Notes: generated by a model from the sequence alone, not told the origin. A DNA stretch of 64,000 bases from Eledone cirrhosa (GCA_964016885.1 OZ024752.1:13702001-13766000); one strand, 5' to 3'. Shown: positions 1 to 12,305, counted from the stretch's first letter. Translations and numbers: made by a program.

Positions 1-480
1 ACACACACACACACACACATATATATATACACACACACACAAACACACATATATACACACACACACACATATATATATATATACACACACACATATATAT
101 ATATATATACACACATATATATATATATATACACACATATATATATATACACACACATATATATATATACACACACATATATATATACACACATATATAT
201 ATACACACACATATATATACACACACATATATATATATACACACACACATATATATACACACACACACATATATATACACACACACACATATATATATAC
301 ACACACACACACACATATATACACACACATATATATATACACACATATATATATATACATACACACACACATATATATATATACATATACACACACACAT
401 ATATATATATACATATACACACACATATATATATATATATACACACAGACATCTATATATATATATATATATGTATATAT
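1..480. repeat. Compound (CA)n/(TA)n microsatellite
   Basis: Alternating CA and TA dinucleotide runs throughout. Confidence 0.98.
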
Positions 481-482
481 GT

Positions 483-615
483 AGCGAGAGTATTGCTTAT
501 TGGTTAGGTTGTTCGCTTCAGGATTATGAGTTCGATTCCCGGACCAGGTGTTTTATGTTCTTGTATAAACACTTAATTTCATGTGGCTCCCGTCCAATCA
601 GCATGTAAAAATATG
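483..615 (+). mobile_element. Decayed tRNA-derived SINE (CORE-like)
   Basis: A-box-like TGCTTATTGG and B-box GAGTTCGATTCC, followed by a degenerate CORE-like segment (tgttcttgtataaacacttaatttc). Confidence 0.55.
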
Positions 616-1319
616 TCGCACCTGTAAATGAAATGATCCGCCTTCTCCCACTTTGTGTCCGGGAGTGTGTATATAAACAATATTTAGTCAGAAAATATAT
701 GTTTGTGTGTACGTGTGAGTGTATGTATCTTAATCCCTATCGCAGATATCAAATGGGAGAGTCCATTGTCAAGTATATATAGAGTAAGAAGGTTAGAGAG
801 GGATAGAAAATCAAATTATAGAATTTATATTCCGCCTTTAAGCGAAGTAAATGTATCGCAGTCAGATTTTATTAATAATTGTGAGAATATATACATTTGA
901 TCCTATAAAGTAGAGAATATCTGAACAGAGTTGACATGTTTCCATGTAGAGTAAGTATTAATATTAAATATTTAATAGAATGTTCTTACAAATTGTCGTT
1001 TCTGAAATGTTCTATGCCAAATCTAAACGGGAAAAGCGATAAAACTTACGTATTTATTTTACAGTTAAACACATCTCTAATATGTAAGAATGCACTTTGT
1101 ATCTCCGCTACCACAGAGACCCTGGAAATGTTGTATTCACTGATGTAATTCTGCTAAATAAGATATACGAACTGTTTAATTTCGTGCAAATATTGCTCAA
1201 AAGAAACCTTCGCCTCCAAACAACTACCGATATACTCTATGATGTCTAAGATTAATTACCAGAATGAAATACCGTTCACTTATTCCATCACCGAAATTTA
1301 TGTACTATATACCCTGCCG

Positions 1320-1660
1320 TCGGGTCTCGAATAATGTCCCCCTCCCACACCCGCTTAATACATTTTCAGATACCTCCACCCCCTCCTCCACCCGTTTATT
1401 ACATTTTTCTAATCTATCTGCGGCGAAATTTTATTTTAAGTGGTAGCATTCCTACAATAAGTACCGTATTTCCCGGCGCCGAAGACGCTTCGTTGTCGAG
1501 GACTCACCCTAATTTCGACAAAGAAAAATTTGAAAAAAAAAAAAAAAAAATGATAATAAACAACCTTCGGCCTCCAGGACGCATGGTAGATTTTTGAGAA
1601 TTATTTTAGGGAAAAAGGTAGCGTCTTTGACGCCGGGAAATACGGTAATTTTCTTTATAG
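1320..1660. mobile_element. Decayed copy of the 2880-3225 MITE, interrupted by a second MITE
   Basis: Shares ctcgaataa...cccgctta...ctaatctatct.cggc.aaattttattttaagtg.tagcattcct...attttctttata with 2880-3020. Confidence 0.7.
1464..1645. mobile_element. Tc1/mariner-pogo-type MITE
   Basis: TIRs CCGTATTTCCCGGCG / CGCCGGGAAATACGG flanked by TA on both sides; second copy at 52810-52945. Confidence 0.85.
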
Positions 1661-1799
1661 TAATTTTCTTTATATACACAGCTTCGATCACCAACATCGG
1701 ATTATAACACATATTCTTGCCAGCTCTTGAATAGATCTGAATAATTATTAACCACTATAAGTATTAATGTGGTGTTGTAAATATATGCATATACACCAG

Positions 1800-2135
1800 G
1801 TCGGAAGCAAACTGTCACTGCCTCCGACTCCCTCGCTCTATCACTATAAGCAGATAGGGGCCCACGCGCTGTTGACCCCCACGCCCTGGTGGACAGAAAA
1901 GACAGGCGTTTTCCCGGAGGATGGTGAGGGAGACGCGCTGGAAGAGCCGTTCCATCTCGAGAGGTTCACACATACGGGTAGCGAACTCTGTGCTGATGGT
2001 GAATAGGGAGGTGGTGCTAGGGCCAAGGACAGCAGAAGTCTCCAATGCTACGGGCTCGACCTTAAACCTGTCGGAAAGCGGTCGATATTTGGAGAGTTTA
2101 CCCTCCTCGACCCGAAGTGCAGCAGAGCCTGGGTT
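1800..2135 (-). mobile_element. 3' fragment of a CRE-clade (restriction-like endonuclease) non-LTR retrotransposon
   Basis: Minus strand reads GSAALRVEEGKLSKYRPLSDRFKVEPVALETSAVLGP...EPLEMERLFQRVSLTILRENA, matching the CRE RLE C-terminal pattern (E..K..KY / P.A.ET.G / LFQR.S..I.RGNA); homologous copy at 63300-63535. Confidence 0.7.
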
Positions 2136-2410
2136 AGTCGCAGTTATTAGTTAAAATCAAGCAATATGTGAATTCGAATTGGAGCATTTCCAGATGTTTT
2201 TGTATTGACTTGCTGATTACATTAACATTCTCCTTACTGTTACACCGAATATCAGATAGTATTTTACGTTGCAGTATAATTTTATCAACGCCTACTCTTA
2301 AAGAATGTGCTTGAATTCGGTTGAATTTCTTCAAAACATTTGGCCACATTAGAATTCCCCACCCTATATATATTTATATATATATATATATAATATATAT
2401 ATATATATAT

Positions 2411-2748
2411 ACTGGACCACCCGTGACCCGTTGGGTTACATTCACCTTAAAATATAAAAAAAAAAAATCATGTTCACTTTAAAATAATTTTAAAATAATT
2501 AAAATATACACAATGTAAAATGCCTATATCTCTGTTTCAATCTACTCTCTCACAACCACTATCTCTTTCTCTCTATTATGAAGGTACCCGGAAAAACCCC
2601 ATGCTCCGATTAACGCGAAACTTGTTTTATTCCATTTGTATTCCCATTTCAGGGTAACTTCCTTTCAAAGTATTTTCCCATTATGCGCCCTTTTGGCTGT
2701 ATTTATTACAGACAAGCGTATAATCACAGAGTTTTAGTAGTAGTAGTA
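2411..2748 (-). mobile_element. Non-autonomous Helitron-like element
   Basis: Minus strand starts ctactactactaaaa and ends in a GC-rich hairpin-like segment (cccaacgggtcacgggtgg) followed by ccag|t, a decayed CTAG; lies between TA tracts. Confidence 0.5.
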
Positions 2749-2750
2749 GC

Positions 2751-2800
<50 letters not shown>

Positions 2801-2879
2801 AATTCTTCCGAACGTATGTGATAACTGAAAAAAGTTTTTTTTTATATCAAGCAATAAAAAGACATTTTTCACCGACGCC

Positions 2880-3225
2880 TACTCTCGAATAACCATCCCC
2901 ACCCCCGCTTATTAATGTTTCAGTTTTTTTCCAAGTACCCCTGCTTATTCAATTTTGCTAATCTATCTTCGGCAAAATTTTATTTTAAGTGCTAGCATTC
3001 CTGCGACGATTTTCTTTATACATTAAAAAACAGTATACATGACAAAAACGAACATTACAAGAAACCCATATAAAATATATAGAATGGGTTGGGGTTTCAA
3101 TATGTAAACTAAACGACTAAATCTGTTTTTTTTTTTTTAAATTTTAATGCTTTCAAGTTAGAAAAATTACTGTTTTTCCGTCTCCGCTTATTCCAATCAC
3201 CCCTGTTATTTAGGACCCGAGAGTA
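2880..3225. mobile_element. TA-flanked MITE
   Basis: Termini TA-CTCTCG ... CGAGAG-TA with repeated ccgcttatt subterminal motifs. Confidence 0.65.
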
Positions 3226-3675
3226 AGCGTTTGTGAATCTAATGTGATCGTTAAATATGTTCTTTTATGGCTGAAGAAGGTATATTCGTTGGCAATAATA
3301 GATAAAACGTTTGTACGACTTTACCTGAGCAGAGATCCCATTCTCATCGTTCGTTCTAGTAAGGTATTCCGGAAAATAAAATATGGCGTGAAATTGTCTA
3401 GCTATTGTCATTCTCTTTTAATTGCCAGTCCTTTTTTTTCTTCACAAATTCGGCTGATTTAGCAGGGCGGCGTTTTTAAACGAATGTGTGCACATAGAAG
3501 TGTTTTTTAAAATTGTTTGCTGCAGCATCGATATGTTTGTATGTGCAACTGGTCGAAGTTACCACTCATTGATGAACTATGTTCCTATACAGGTATTTGC
3601 CCTTTATGGGGCATTTTCCGGGCTGTCTAGAGTTAGAAGCCTTTTTTTTTTTTTTTTTTTTTTTTACATTTTTAT

Positions 3676-3886
3676 GATTGGTAGAATTGGTAGAGCGTCG
3701 AACAGCATACTTTATGGCATAGTTACGCCCCTTTACGATCTGAGTTCAAATCCCGACGAGGTTAGCTTTGCCTTTCATTCTTACGGGGTCGACAAAATAT
3801 AGTACCAGTAATGTACTGGGGTAGATTTAATCAACTTTTGCCTTCCAAATTGTTGACCTTGTGCCTAAACCAGAAACAAATATTAT
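3676..3886 (+). mobile_element. tRNA-derived SINE (window family B)
   Basis: B-box GAGTTCAAATCC, central gcctttcat.cttacggggtcga.aaaat...gtaccag, 3' ccttgtgcctaaa..agaaaca; more than 10 copies in the window. Confidence 0.9.
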
Positions 3887-3912
3887 ATGGATATTTTATA
3901 TATATGTATGCC

Positions 3913-4001
3913 AGTGAATGTTTTCCTTGCCAACTCTGTGAAAGACATTATAGATCATTGACTGGGCTAAAAAGCCATATTCGATCGCAGCACTGTTGTT
4001 A

Positions 4002-4045
<44 letters not shown>

Positions 4046-4100
4046 TTGGGTTTTTTTCGTGCAATGGCCATACTTTATAACGAGGGGGCAGACATCATGT
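3913..4100 (+). mobile_element. 3'-terminal fragment of the RTE family
   Basis: Encodes CQLCERHYRSLTGLKSHIRSQHC (last zinc finger of ORF 24224-27769), then (GT)n, a T run and gtgcaatggccatact..ataacgagggggcag.catc, as at 40128-40166. Confidence 0.9.
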
Positions 4101-4107
4101 ATGTATT

Positions 4108-4288
4108 TTCTTCCGCCCTTTGTCAGGTTTTGTCTTTTGTCCTGCAGGGTGTCAAAAATCCCACTACTCACAAAGTAAACTTGGTGGGATTGCCGGTTTA
4201 GTCGGCGACGTCCCGACCATGCGACAGGTTGTACTTGGTTACATGTTACCAGTAGCACTCAAGAGTGACTTGACAAAGGGCGGAAGAA
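4108..4288. mobile_element. Foldback element with 18-bp perfect inverted termini
   Basis: TTCTTCCGCCCTTTGTCA (4108-4125) / TGACAAAGGGCGGAAGAA (4271-4288). Confidence 0.6.
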
Positions 4289-4344
4289 CTCATAAGAGTC
4301 AACGGCCATCCAAAAGTGTGTAAATATGTATATAGGCATGTGCC

Positions 4345-4510
4345 GCGCGGTTAAACCACTGGGAGGGACGGACTCCTAGCCTTTTGTCAGGGCATTCTTC
4401 TAGGAGAAGGCAACTCAGGAAACTGGGATAACTCCGATATAAAATCTACAGCTCAGTAGTTACCGATGATGTTGATATTTCTTCTTTTCGGGTTATAGCT
4501 ACTGTCGCTA
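4345..4510 (+). mobile_element. Copy of the region upstream of the RTE ORF (putative 5' UTR)
   Basis: Highly similar to 23882-24048 (gttaaaccactgggag...ttcttctaggagaaggca.ctcaggaaactggg.taactccgatataaaa...gctactgtcgct). Confidence 0.8.
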
Positions 4511-4774
4511 TTGAGTCATGGACAGAGATCGTTGAATTAACAAGTGTATGTATGTGTGCCTGTGTGTAGAAATGTGTGCATAAATGTGTGTGTATATATA
4601 TATATACATGTGTGTATAAATGTTTGCATGTATGTAGGCATGTATATATAGACATATGTATTTCTCAATGCCTGTAAACATTAAGAACATGCACTAGCTT
4701 GCTTGACATTCAAATGTGTTGGGTCAGACTGTTTTGACTAATATTGAAACATATAGAATTCTGGATGTAAATTG

Positions 4775-5045
4775 TATGGATGGATGCCTGCATCTATGTA
4801 TGGATGGATGCATGCATCTATGTATGTATGTAAGCATGCATCTATGTATGTATGTAAGCATGCATCTATGTATGTATGTAAGCATGCAATCTATGTATGT
4901 ATGTAAGCATGCATCTATGTATGCATGTCAGCATGCAGCTATGTATGCATGTAAGCATGCAGCTATGTATGCATGTAAGCATGCAGCTATGTAAGCATGC
5001 AGCTATGTATGTATGTAAGCATGCAGCTATGTAAGCATGCATGCA
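4775..5045. repeat. Minisatellite, 16-24 bp unit (gcatgcatctatgtatgtatgtaa)
   Basis: Direct tandem copies visible. Confidence 0.9.
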
Positions 5046-5187
5046 TTTGTCTGAGTGTACCTATGCATGTTACATTTTTATTGCATTTATAAGCATGTGA
5101 ACTACTTGCATACGCAAATATATCTATATTTATTTACTGTGTGCGCGTCACCAACCAATAAACGTAATGGAGAAATAACCATTCGTC

Positions 5188-5363
5188 ATCGGTAGAATCT
5201 TGGACGCCATTGCTTTGCAGCTTAGTTACGCCCCTTTACTGAGTTCAAATCCCACCGAGACCAACTTTGCCTTTCGTCGTTAAAGGAGGTCTTTAAAATA
5301 AAGTTCCAGTAATGAAATGGATTAATTGCTGGCCTTGTGCTAAAAAGTAGAAGCAATTATTAT
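5188..5363 (+). mobile_element. SINE family B, diverged
   Basis: B-box GAGTTCAAATCC and 3' aattgctggccttgtgc.aaaaagtagaa. Confidence 0.85.
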
Positions 5364-5499
5364 CACACTCACTCACTCACTCACTCACTCACTCACTCAC
5401 TCACACTACGTGCTTCTCATGTTTCCCTCTTCGGTATGTTATTTCCGTTTTTTTCCTTTCTTTCATTTTCCCCTTCAATGCCCCCCACCCCTCACACAC

Positions 5500-5645
5500 A
5501 CAATAACTTAATTTAGTTATTGACGCGCTGGAACTAGACATATTGTCTTTAATGCGTAGAAATATCCGTGATCTCCAGCAGACAACTGATGAAGGGAAAC
5601 TTCCCCCGTTCATGGCTTCCTCTTATTTATATATTGAACCCGGGA
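5500..5645 (+). mobile_element. Unclassified interspersed repeat (family X) with conserved CTGATGA
   Basis: caataactta.tttagttattg...gtct.taa.gcg.agaaata...ctgatga is shared with minus-strand copies at 6010-6405 and 60161-60790. Confidence 0.7.
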
Positions 5646-6009
5646 CGCACGCATGCACGCACGCACATACATGTATATATATAAAATTGAAAAAGTGGAG
5701 AATAACATGGTCAACAGTACAAAAATTGGGATTTATTTACAGTCAAACAATTGTTTCACTGATAAAGATGTCTAAAAATTGCTGAACACTAGAAGCAGTG
5801 CCACTCAATTTTAAATACGATGTTAACTCGATCACATCCTCGGAAACATAGGAATACAAGTGAAATGATAAACTCGTCATCTACGTAAATCTCTTGTTGA
5901 GTCAAACAACGCCGTACGCTAAAACTATCCATAATAAGAAGTATTCACAACCTCTAACTGGATTACCTATAACCATATTTTGTTATCCCTTATATATATA
6001 TATGAATGA

Positions 6010-6405
6010 AAAATAGAGCGAGAAACGGGACTGTCCATCATCAGTGATCTTTGGACTATCATCGATATTTCTTCGCATTAAAGACCAGATACCTGAAAAT
6101 CACTGCGAGCAATAACTAAAATAAGTTATTGGCACAGAGCGAATTGGGTGGAGAAAGAGGGACAGTAAACAAACAAAACTAGTAATGCAACGTAAAGAGA
6201 GGAAATGAGAGACAAGTCAATGATACATGTGAACTTAAGTTCGACCAAATCAACGACGAGAAGACGGCAGACGCGTCCGAACCCTGCGAAATGAGAGCAA
6301 GAAAAGGATTTCACACAGGTCAGACGGAAGGAAGTGAGAGAGGGGGAGCAGCAGAGTGAGTGAGTGAAAGTGTGAAGAAGAGGCCAGCCGAGAGACTGTG
6401 ACCAA
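6010..6405 (-). mobile_element. Family X interspersed repeat
   Basis: Aligns by eye with 60195-60450 (caataactaaaataagttattgg; gcaacgtaaagagaggaaa; caagtcaat). Confidence 0.7.
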
Positions 6406-6535
6406 TATATGTGTGTGTGTGTCTACTCTGGGAATTTAACATTACCTATTGAGGACGCTGAGATGCAACCGGTAGAAGTAGTGACACCCATGCTAGTCTC
6501 AACATTATATATATATATATATATATATATTATAC

Positions 6536-7260
6536 AGGGTGTGGACGATATTTGTTCGCAATTTTCAACTGCTAATTTTATGCACATTTTTTTTTACTTC
6601 CGTTGTCACTCTTGTCTTCATAAATACAGTGACTATATTTCCATTATTTATTTTCAGAATAATTGATTATGAATAATTTGAACCTCCAAATTTGTGGAAG
6701 ACACGGAGTTCTTCTTAGAATCCGCGCCGTGAGGACAAATAAGGCCAGAAGATCAACTCCCAGAACAACAGGTGACTCGCTGCCTCATCCAAAATCGTGC
6801 CCAGAGTTATGTAGACAAAGTTTCCAGCGACAACATTGTTCTTAGGTGTCGTCAGCAGTGAAGGTGACGTCATGCCACCTCACTTCTTCCCTGAGGGCCT
6901 CAAGCTGAACACCGGTGGCTACATCCGCGTTCTGAACGAGGTAGTAAAGCCCTGGATTGACCAGGTAGCTGCAGGTAGGGCCGTACGTGTGGCAGCAAGA
7001 CTCAGCAACCTGGCATACCAGCCGAAAGACCCAAGCCTGGCTGTCAGAGAACTTCGTCGACCACACTTCACCTGACATCTGGCCTCCCAGCTCGCCTGAC
7101 AGCAGCCCCGTCGACTTCTTTGTGTGGGGCGCAGTGGTATGATACACCAACAGATCTAGCTGCAATACGAAAGACGATCTGAAGGCCAGGATCACAAGTG
7201 CCTTTAGGGGCCTAAGTCGGGGGACAGTGACGAAGGCCTGTAGTCGGTTCCGAGGCCGTC
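6536..7260 (+). mobile_element. Decayed Tc1/mariner DD37D (maT-like) transposon
   Basis: TA-CAGGGTG left end; frameshifted transposase GVVSSEGDVMPPHFF...YIRVLNEVVKPWI / YVWQQD-x37-D (WPPSSPDSSPVDFFVWG); truncated by the satellite at 7260. Confidence 0.88.
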
Positions 7261-7404
7261 ATATACATATATATAAATATGTGTGTGTGTGTAAATATGT
7301 ATATATATATATATATGTAAATATGTAATATATATATATATGTATATATATATGTGTAAATATGTATATATATATATATATGTATATATATATGTGTAAA
7401 TATG

Positions 7405-7435
<31 letters not shown>

Positions 7436-7446
7436 GTGTAAATATG

Positions 7447-7479
<33 letters not shown>

Positions 7480-8622
7480 GTAAATATGTATATATATATA
7501 TATGTAAATATGTATATATATATATATATGTAAATATGTATGTATATATATATATATGTAAATATGTATATATATATATATATATATATGTAAATATGTA
7601 TATATATATATATGTAAATATGTATATATATATATATATGTAAATATGTATATATATATATGTAAATATGTATATATATATATATATGTAAATATGTATA
7701 TATATATATATATATATATGTAAATATGTATATATATATATATATATATGTAAATATGTATATATATATATATATGTAAATATGTATATATATGTAAATA
7801 TGTATATATATATATATATATGTAAATATGTATATATATATATATATGTAAATATGTATATATATATATATGTGTAAATATGTATATATATATATATGTG
7901 TAAATATGTATATATATATATGTGTGTAAATATGTATATATATATATATGTGTGTAAATATGTATATATATATATATGTGTGTAAATATGTATATATATA
8001 TATATGTGTGTAAATATGTATATATATATATATGTGTGTAAATATGTATATATATATATATGTGTGTAAATATGTATATATATATATATGTGTGTAAATA
8101 TGTATATATATATATATGTGTGTAAATATGTATATATATATATATGTGTGTAAATATGTATATATATATATATGTGTGTAAATATGTATATATATATATA
8201 TGTGTGTAAATATGTATATATATATATATGTGTGTAAATATGTATATATATATATATGTGTGTAAATATGTATATATATATGTGTGTAAATATGTATATA
8301 TATATGTGTGTAAATATGTATATATATATGTGTGTAAATATGTATATATATATGTGTGTAAATATGTATATATATATGTGTGTAAATATGTATATATATA
8401 TGTGTGTAAATATGTATATATATATGTGTGTAAATATGTATATATATATGTGTGTAAATATGTATATATATATGTGTGTAAATATGTATATATATATGTG
8501 TGTAAATATGTATATATGTGTAAATATGTATATGTATATATGTGTAAATATGTATATATATATATGTGTAAATATGTATATATATATGTGTAAATATGTA
8601 TATATGTGTAAATATGTATATA
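7261..8622. repeat. Compound satellite, unit (GT)0-2GTAAATATGT(AT)n
   Basis: Dozens of gtaaatatgt units separated by AT runs. Confidence 0.97.
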
Positions 8623-8709
8623 TAACTTTGAATAACTTTGAAATGTTTTGGCCAGTATTGGCCCAGGCCATGTCTAACTTAATAGCACCACCTGGCGAAG
8701 TCTTTCAAT

Positions 8710-11700
8710 TCAGGATTTGGGCACCATGGCCCATTCGAGAAGAGAATTACTGTTTGCGGAGACATATCCGGGTGTGGGTGGTTTGTCCGGGATTACTTGG
8801 AGGAATTTGTCCAAAGACTTCTTGAATTTTGAGTGGTCAGTTTCTGTTTTGACGTGTCCTGGTGTGATGTTGAAGAGAGCAGGGCCGATTGAGGTGAAAT
8901 AATTGTGCCGTATTGTTGTTATGAGTTGCGATTTAGATATTTGAATGGGACGGATAGCACGGGGCCCAAGCCTTGGGTGTATCTTGAAGGCGATGCCAAC
9001 ATCATTTGGGCAGTGATCATGGAACATTTTGCACATCATGCAGATAATATAACGCTCACGGCGACGTTGGAGTGAGTAAAGTTTCAGGTTTTCCAATCGA
9101 CCCCAGTAGTCAAGGTCTGACATGCCATCTATCTTTTTCGTGATTGCCCTTTGAGGAGCTTCAAGTTTCATGATACTTTGTTTCGTGTGGGGAGACCACA
9201 GTGGACAACAGTATTCAAGGTGTGGTCGGGCGAAAGTAGAGAAGAGAAGGATAATGGTGCGGGAATCTCTCGACTGGAAGGTTCTGAGGATCCAGGAACA
9301 CATTCTGCGGGCCATGTCAACTTTGCTGCTTATATGCGTGGTCCAGCTTATGTTGCTGTCCACGGTTACTCCCAAGTCTCTGATGTTGTTAGATGCCACG
9401 AGAGTTTCCCCGGAGGGAAGGGAGTACGGGAGTTTCAGAGCATCCTCTTTTCCAAAGTGGATCAGTTCGAATTTGTCCTCGTTCAGTAACATGTTGTTCT
9501 TTTCTGCCCATTGGGTAACAGCCAGTAGGTCTGACTGAAGGCTTATCCGGTCATCCACGCCATTGATGACCTTTTGGAGCTTGGAATCATCAGCGAAAAT
9601 TTTAATGTTGCTGTGTTTGATGATGTCAGTGATGTCATTAATATAGATGATGAAGAGAAGTGGGCCCAACACAGTGCCTTGTGGGACTCCACTACTGACT
9701 TTGGCTGGGCTTGATTTGACTCCCTCAACTACAACATGTTGGGTTCTGTTTGACAGGAAGCTCTTGATCCACTGCAGCAGCTTTCCAGTGACACCAATAT
9801 TGGACAGCTTTCTCAGTAGAATGTTATGATCAACCCTGTCAAAGGCCTTGCTGAAATCAAGGTAGATAACATCAGTGTTGGAACCCTCTCCCAAGGCTCT
9901 CAAAATGTCATCAAAGTGATGCAGTAGTTGCGTCAGGCAATCCCTTCCATTACGGAATCCATGCTGGTTGGAGTTCAGCATATTGTTACTCTCAAGGAAG
10001 TGGGTCATTCGCGATCTCACCACTCGCTCAAATACCTTAATGATATGAGAGGTGAGTGAGATTGGACGGTAATTCACGGCAAGGGATTTGTTTCCCTTTT
10101 TGAAAACTGGGACAACAGACTGGGATAGAAGGTTTTCTGGCACATATCCAGCATCTAGTGAGTTCCGCCACAGATTGGCAAGAGGAGAAGCAAGTTGGTG
10201 TTGACACGCCTTCAGGACACAAGCAGGGAACCTATCGGGACCTACTGCTGAATTATGCTTGATTTCCTTTATTGCCGCCAAGACATCAGGGGCGCCAAAC
10301 GTTATGTCCGATAAGGTGTAATGGGGAGTAACATCGCCGATACAGCCCAGATCGGCCATATCAGGATTGCTGAAAACAGAGCAGTATTGTTTCTGCAGTA
10401 TCTCACCCATGGTTTTAGCATTGTCTTGAAGAGTGCCATTTTCATCAATTAGAGGGCCAACAGTAGAGCCAGTGATTTTGTGTTTTTTTGCAAATGAAAA
10501 GAACACTTTGGGATTGAGTTTGATCTTCTCAATGGCCCAGGCCTCTTCAGCTCTTCTCTGATTGTTGATGAGGGACATTATGTTGTTTTGGAGGTTATGT
10601 TTTTTAATCTCTAGTGATGAAATGGCAGTCAAGTTGATGTGTTGCTGCTGACAGTATTTCAGCTTGTTGATTTTTTTGTTCGTTCTCTTAATTTTTCTGA
10701 TGAGCGTTTTTCTATTTCTAGGGATTCTGCTCTTAGATTTGTTTATAGTTCTTAATGGGGTGTGTTTAGCACATATGTTTGTAACAGTGTCCACAAATGT
10801 CTGCCAGGACTTTTTGATGTTAGTGGGTGTATGAGTGTGCGTGAAGGACCAGTCGACATGTGCAAGATCATGACTGATCGCTTCCCAGTTTGCATTGTGG
10901 AAATCCATAGCGTCAAACGGATGGACAGGAGAGATGACATTGGGTTTGTATATTGGACGGTGGAATCTCAGATCACAGAGAACCATGTCATGATCAGAGA
11001 GTAGAGTTTTCTCCACTGCAATATTGTGGATATTGTCAGTGTGATTGCTGAAAATTAAGTCTAGGACGTTTTTGTGGCACCTCGTTGGTTCGAGCACTAG
11101 TTGGGATAGGAAGAAATCATCCATGAAGTCAAGAAGTGATTCCACAGCTTCCCTGTCAGAGGTTGAGGCAGAAGAACCTGGTGGCAGGGTGTTTGTGGAC
11201 CAGTCGACTCCGGGGAGGTTGAAGTCCCCCATCATTAAGATGTTGTCAGGGTGACACTCTTGGATGAAACACTTTATGCTGTTGAGGCATTCCTTGAAGC
11301 ATGGTACAGGCGTTTGGGGTGGCCTATAGAGCCCAACTACTAATAGGTTGTTGGTTTGACTGAATACAGTGACTGCCTCACAGTATCCATTAGTGAATAT
11401 GTTCATAGCCTCTGTTGAGAAAGAATTATGGACATAAATGGCAGTTCCGCCCTTTCTTCTGCCAGCGCGATCAGCACGGATGGCTTTGAAATTTTTCACT
11501 TTCACCTCGGCTTCCAAGTGGAGGTTACTGAGATGGGTTTCAGTGAGGACGAAGAAAGGGATGTGGTTTGGATGGACATCAATCCAGTCCTCCAGGAATT
11601 TGATCTTCCATTTTTGAGTATTGGTGGAAGGGCTGATGCCTTGGGCGTTAAGCAAAAATGTAGAGGCGAGAGTGGATGGTTTTAATTGTTTTGGTGTGTT

Positions 11701-11730
11701 GTTAATTTGTTTGTTTGTTAATGGCAGCAA
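8710..11730 (-). CDS. LINE ORF2: APE endonuclease + reverse transcriptase (CR1 group); frame open up to 11847
   Basis: APE motifs LLNAQG, TETHL, GLYRPP, GDFN, LDL, SDH; RT motifs [41 protein letters not shown]; CR1-like [11 protein letters not shown]; no internal stop. Confidence 0.95.
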   Translation of the reverse strand: MLPLTNKQINNTPKQLKPSTLASTFLLNAQGISPSTNTQKWKIKFLEDWIDVHPNHIPFFVLTETHLSNLHLEAEVKVKNFKAIRADRAGRRKGGTAIYVHNSFSTEAMNIFTNGYCEAVTVFSQTNNLLVVGLYRPPQTPVPCFKECLNSIKCFIQECHPDNILMMGDFNLPGVDWSTNTLPPGSSASTSDREAVESLLDFMDDFFLSQLVLEPTRCHKNVLDLIFSNHTDNIHNIAVEKTLLSDHDMVLCDLRFHRPIYKPNVISPVHPFDAMDFHNANWEAISHDLAHVDWSFTHTHTPTNIKKSWQTFVDTVTNICAKHTPLRTINKSKSRIPRNRKTLIRKIKRTNKKINKLKYCQQQHINLTAISSLEIKKHNLQNNIMSLINNQRRAEEAWAIEKIKLNPKVFFSFAKKHKITGSTVGPLIDENGTLQDNAKTMGEILQKQYCSVFSNPDMADLGCIGDVTPHYTLSDITFGAPDVLAAIKEIKHNSAVGPDRFPACVLKACQHQLASPLANLWRNSLDAGYVPENLLSQSVVPVFKKGNKSLAVNYRPISLTSHIIKVFERVVRSRMTHFLESNNMLNSNQHGFRNGRDCLTQLLHHFDDILRALGEGSNTDVIYLDFSKAFDRVDHNILLRKLSNIGVTGKLLQWIKSFLSNRTQHVVVEGVKSSPAKVSSGVPQGTVLGPLLFIIYINDITDIIKHSNIKIFADDSKLQKVINGVDDRISLQSDLLAVTQWAEKNNMLLNEDKFELIHFGKEDALKLPYSLPSGETLVASNNIRDLGVTVDSNISWTTHISSKVDMARRMCSWILRTFQSRDSRTIILLFSTFARPHLEYCCPLWSPHTKQSIMKLEAPQRAITKKIDGMSDLDYWGRLENLKLYSLQRRRERYIICMMCKMFHDHCPNDVGIAFKIHPRLGPRAIRPIQISKSQLITTIRHNYFTSIGPALFNITPGHVKTETDHSKFKKSLDKFLQVIPDKPPTPGYVSANSNSLLEWAMVPKS

Positions 11731-11915
11731 TGGGAGTTTGTGCAGTGGGGTGATAGTGGAGGGTGGTGCTGGGTGATAGCTCGAATGTTTTTTTCCAGTT
11801 CTTTTGCCAGATTCATTATGGCTAAAAAAGAGGAAGAAGTTTCCTGTTTAGAAGACTGTTGGTGACTGTGGTAGTGGTTATTTTTATGTAGGTTATGGTT
11901 TTTGCTTTTATTTTT
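11718..11915 (-). pseudogene. C-terminal remnant of CR1 ORF1, overlapping ORF2 in the -1 frame
   Basis: Open frame KNKSKNH...[25 protein letters not shown]...SHCCH* ending at TAA 11720-11718; assignment to ORF1 is by position. Confidence 0.6.
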
Positions 11916-12140
11916 ATATATATGTCTAAATATGTATATATATATATATATATGTGTGTAAATATGTATATATATATGTGTAAATATGTATATATATATG
12001 TGTGTAAATATGTATATATATATGTGTGTAAATATGTATATATATATGTGTGTAAATATGTATATATATATATGTGTGTGTAAATATGTATATATATATG
12101 TGTGTAAATATGTGTATATATATGTGTGTGTGTAAATATG

Positions 12141-12201
<61 letters not shown>
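11916..12201. repeat. Same GTAAATATGT(AT)n satellite as 7261-8622
   Basis: Identical unit. Confidence 0.95.
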
Positions 12202-12209
<8 letters not shown>

Positions 12210-12237
12210 AGATCAAAAGATGGTTAAGAGCTCCATG

Positions 12238-12305
12238 TATTTTATTATGCGCATTTCAAAAACAAATATCATGAGATGACATTTGCGTTTTCGTCAGATA
12301 AAATA
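12238..12305 (-). ncRNA. Type I minimal hammerhead ribozyme (intact core)
   Basis: Minus strand: TATTTTAT-CTGACGA-long stem II-GAAA-TGCGCA-TA-ATAAAATA. Confidence 0.8.

Larger units (their letters stand above)
8623..11915 (-). mobile_element. CR1-group LINE, 5'-truncated within ORF1
   Basis: Intact ORF2, a 3' UTR of ~85 nt ending in 2x tcaaagttat, and a short upstream reading-frame remnant; same satellite on both flanks. Confidence 0.9.

Noticed and set aside
3262-3390. CTGAAGAAGG hammerhead-like start
   Set aside because: No properly placed GAAA-loop-UH with stems; at best a heavily decayed relic.
5730-5765. Minus-strand GAAA-CAATTG-TT followed by AATAAA
   Set aside because: Only the 3' half of a hammerhead; no CUGANGA core found upstream.
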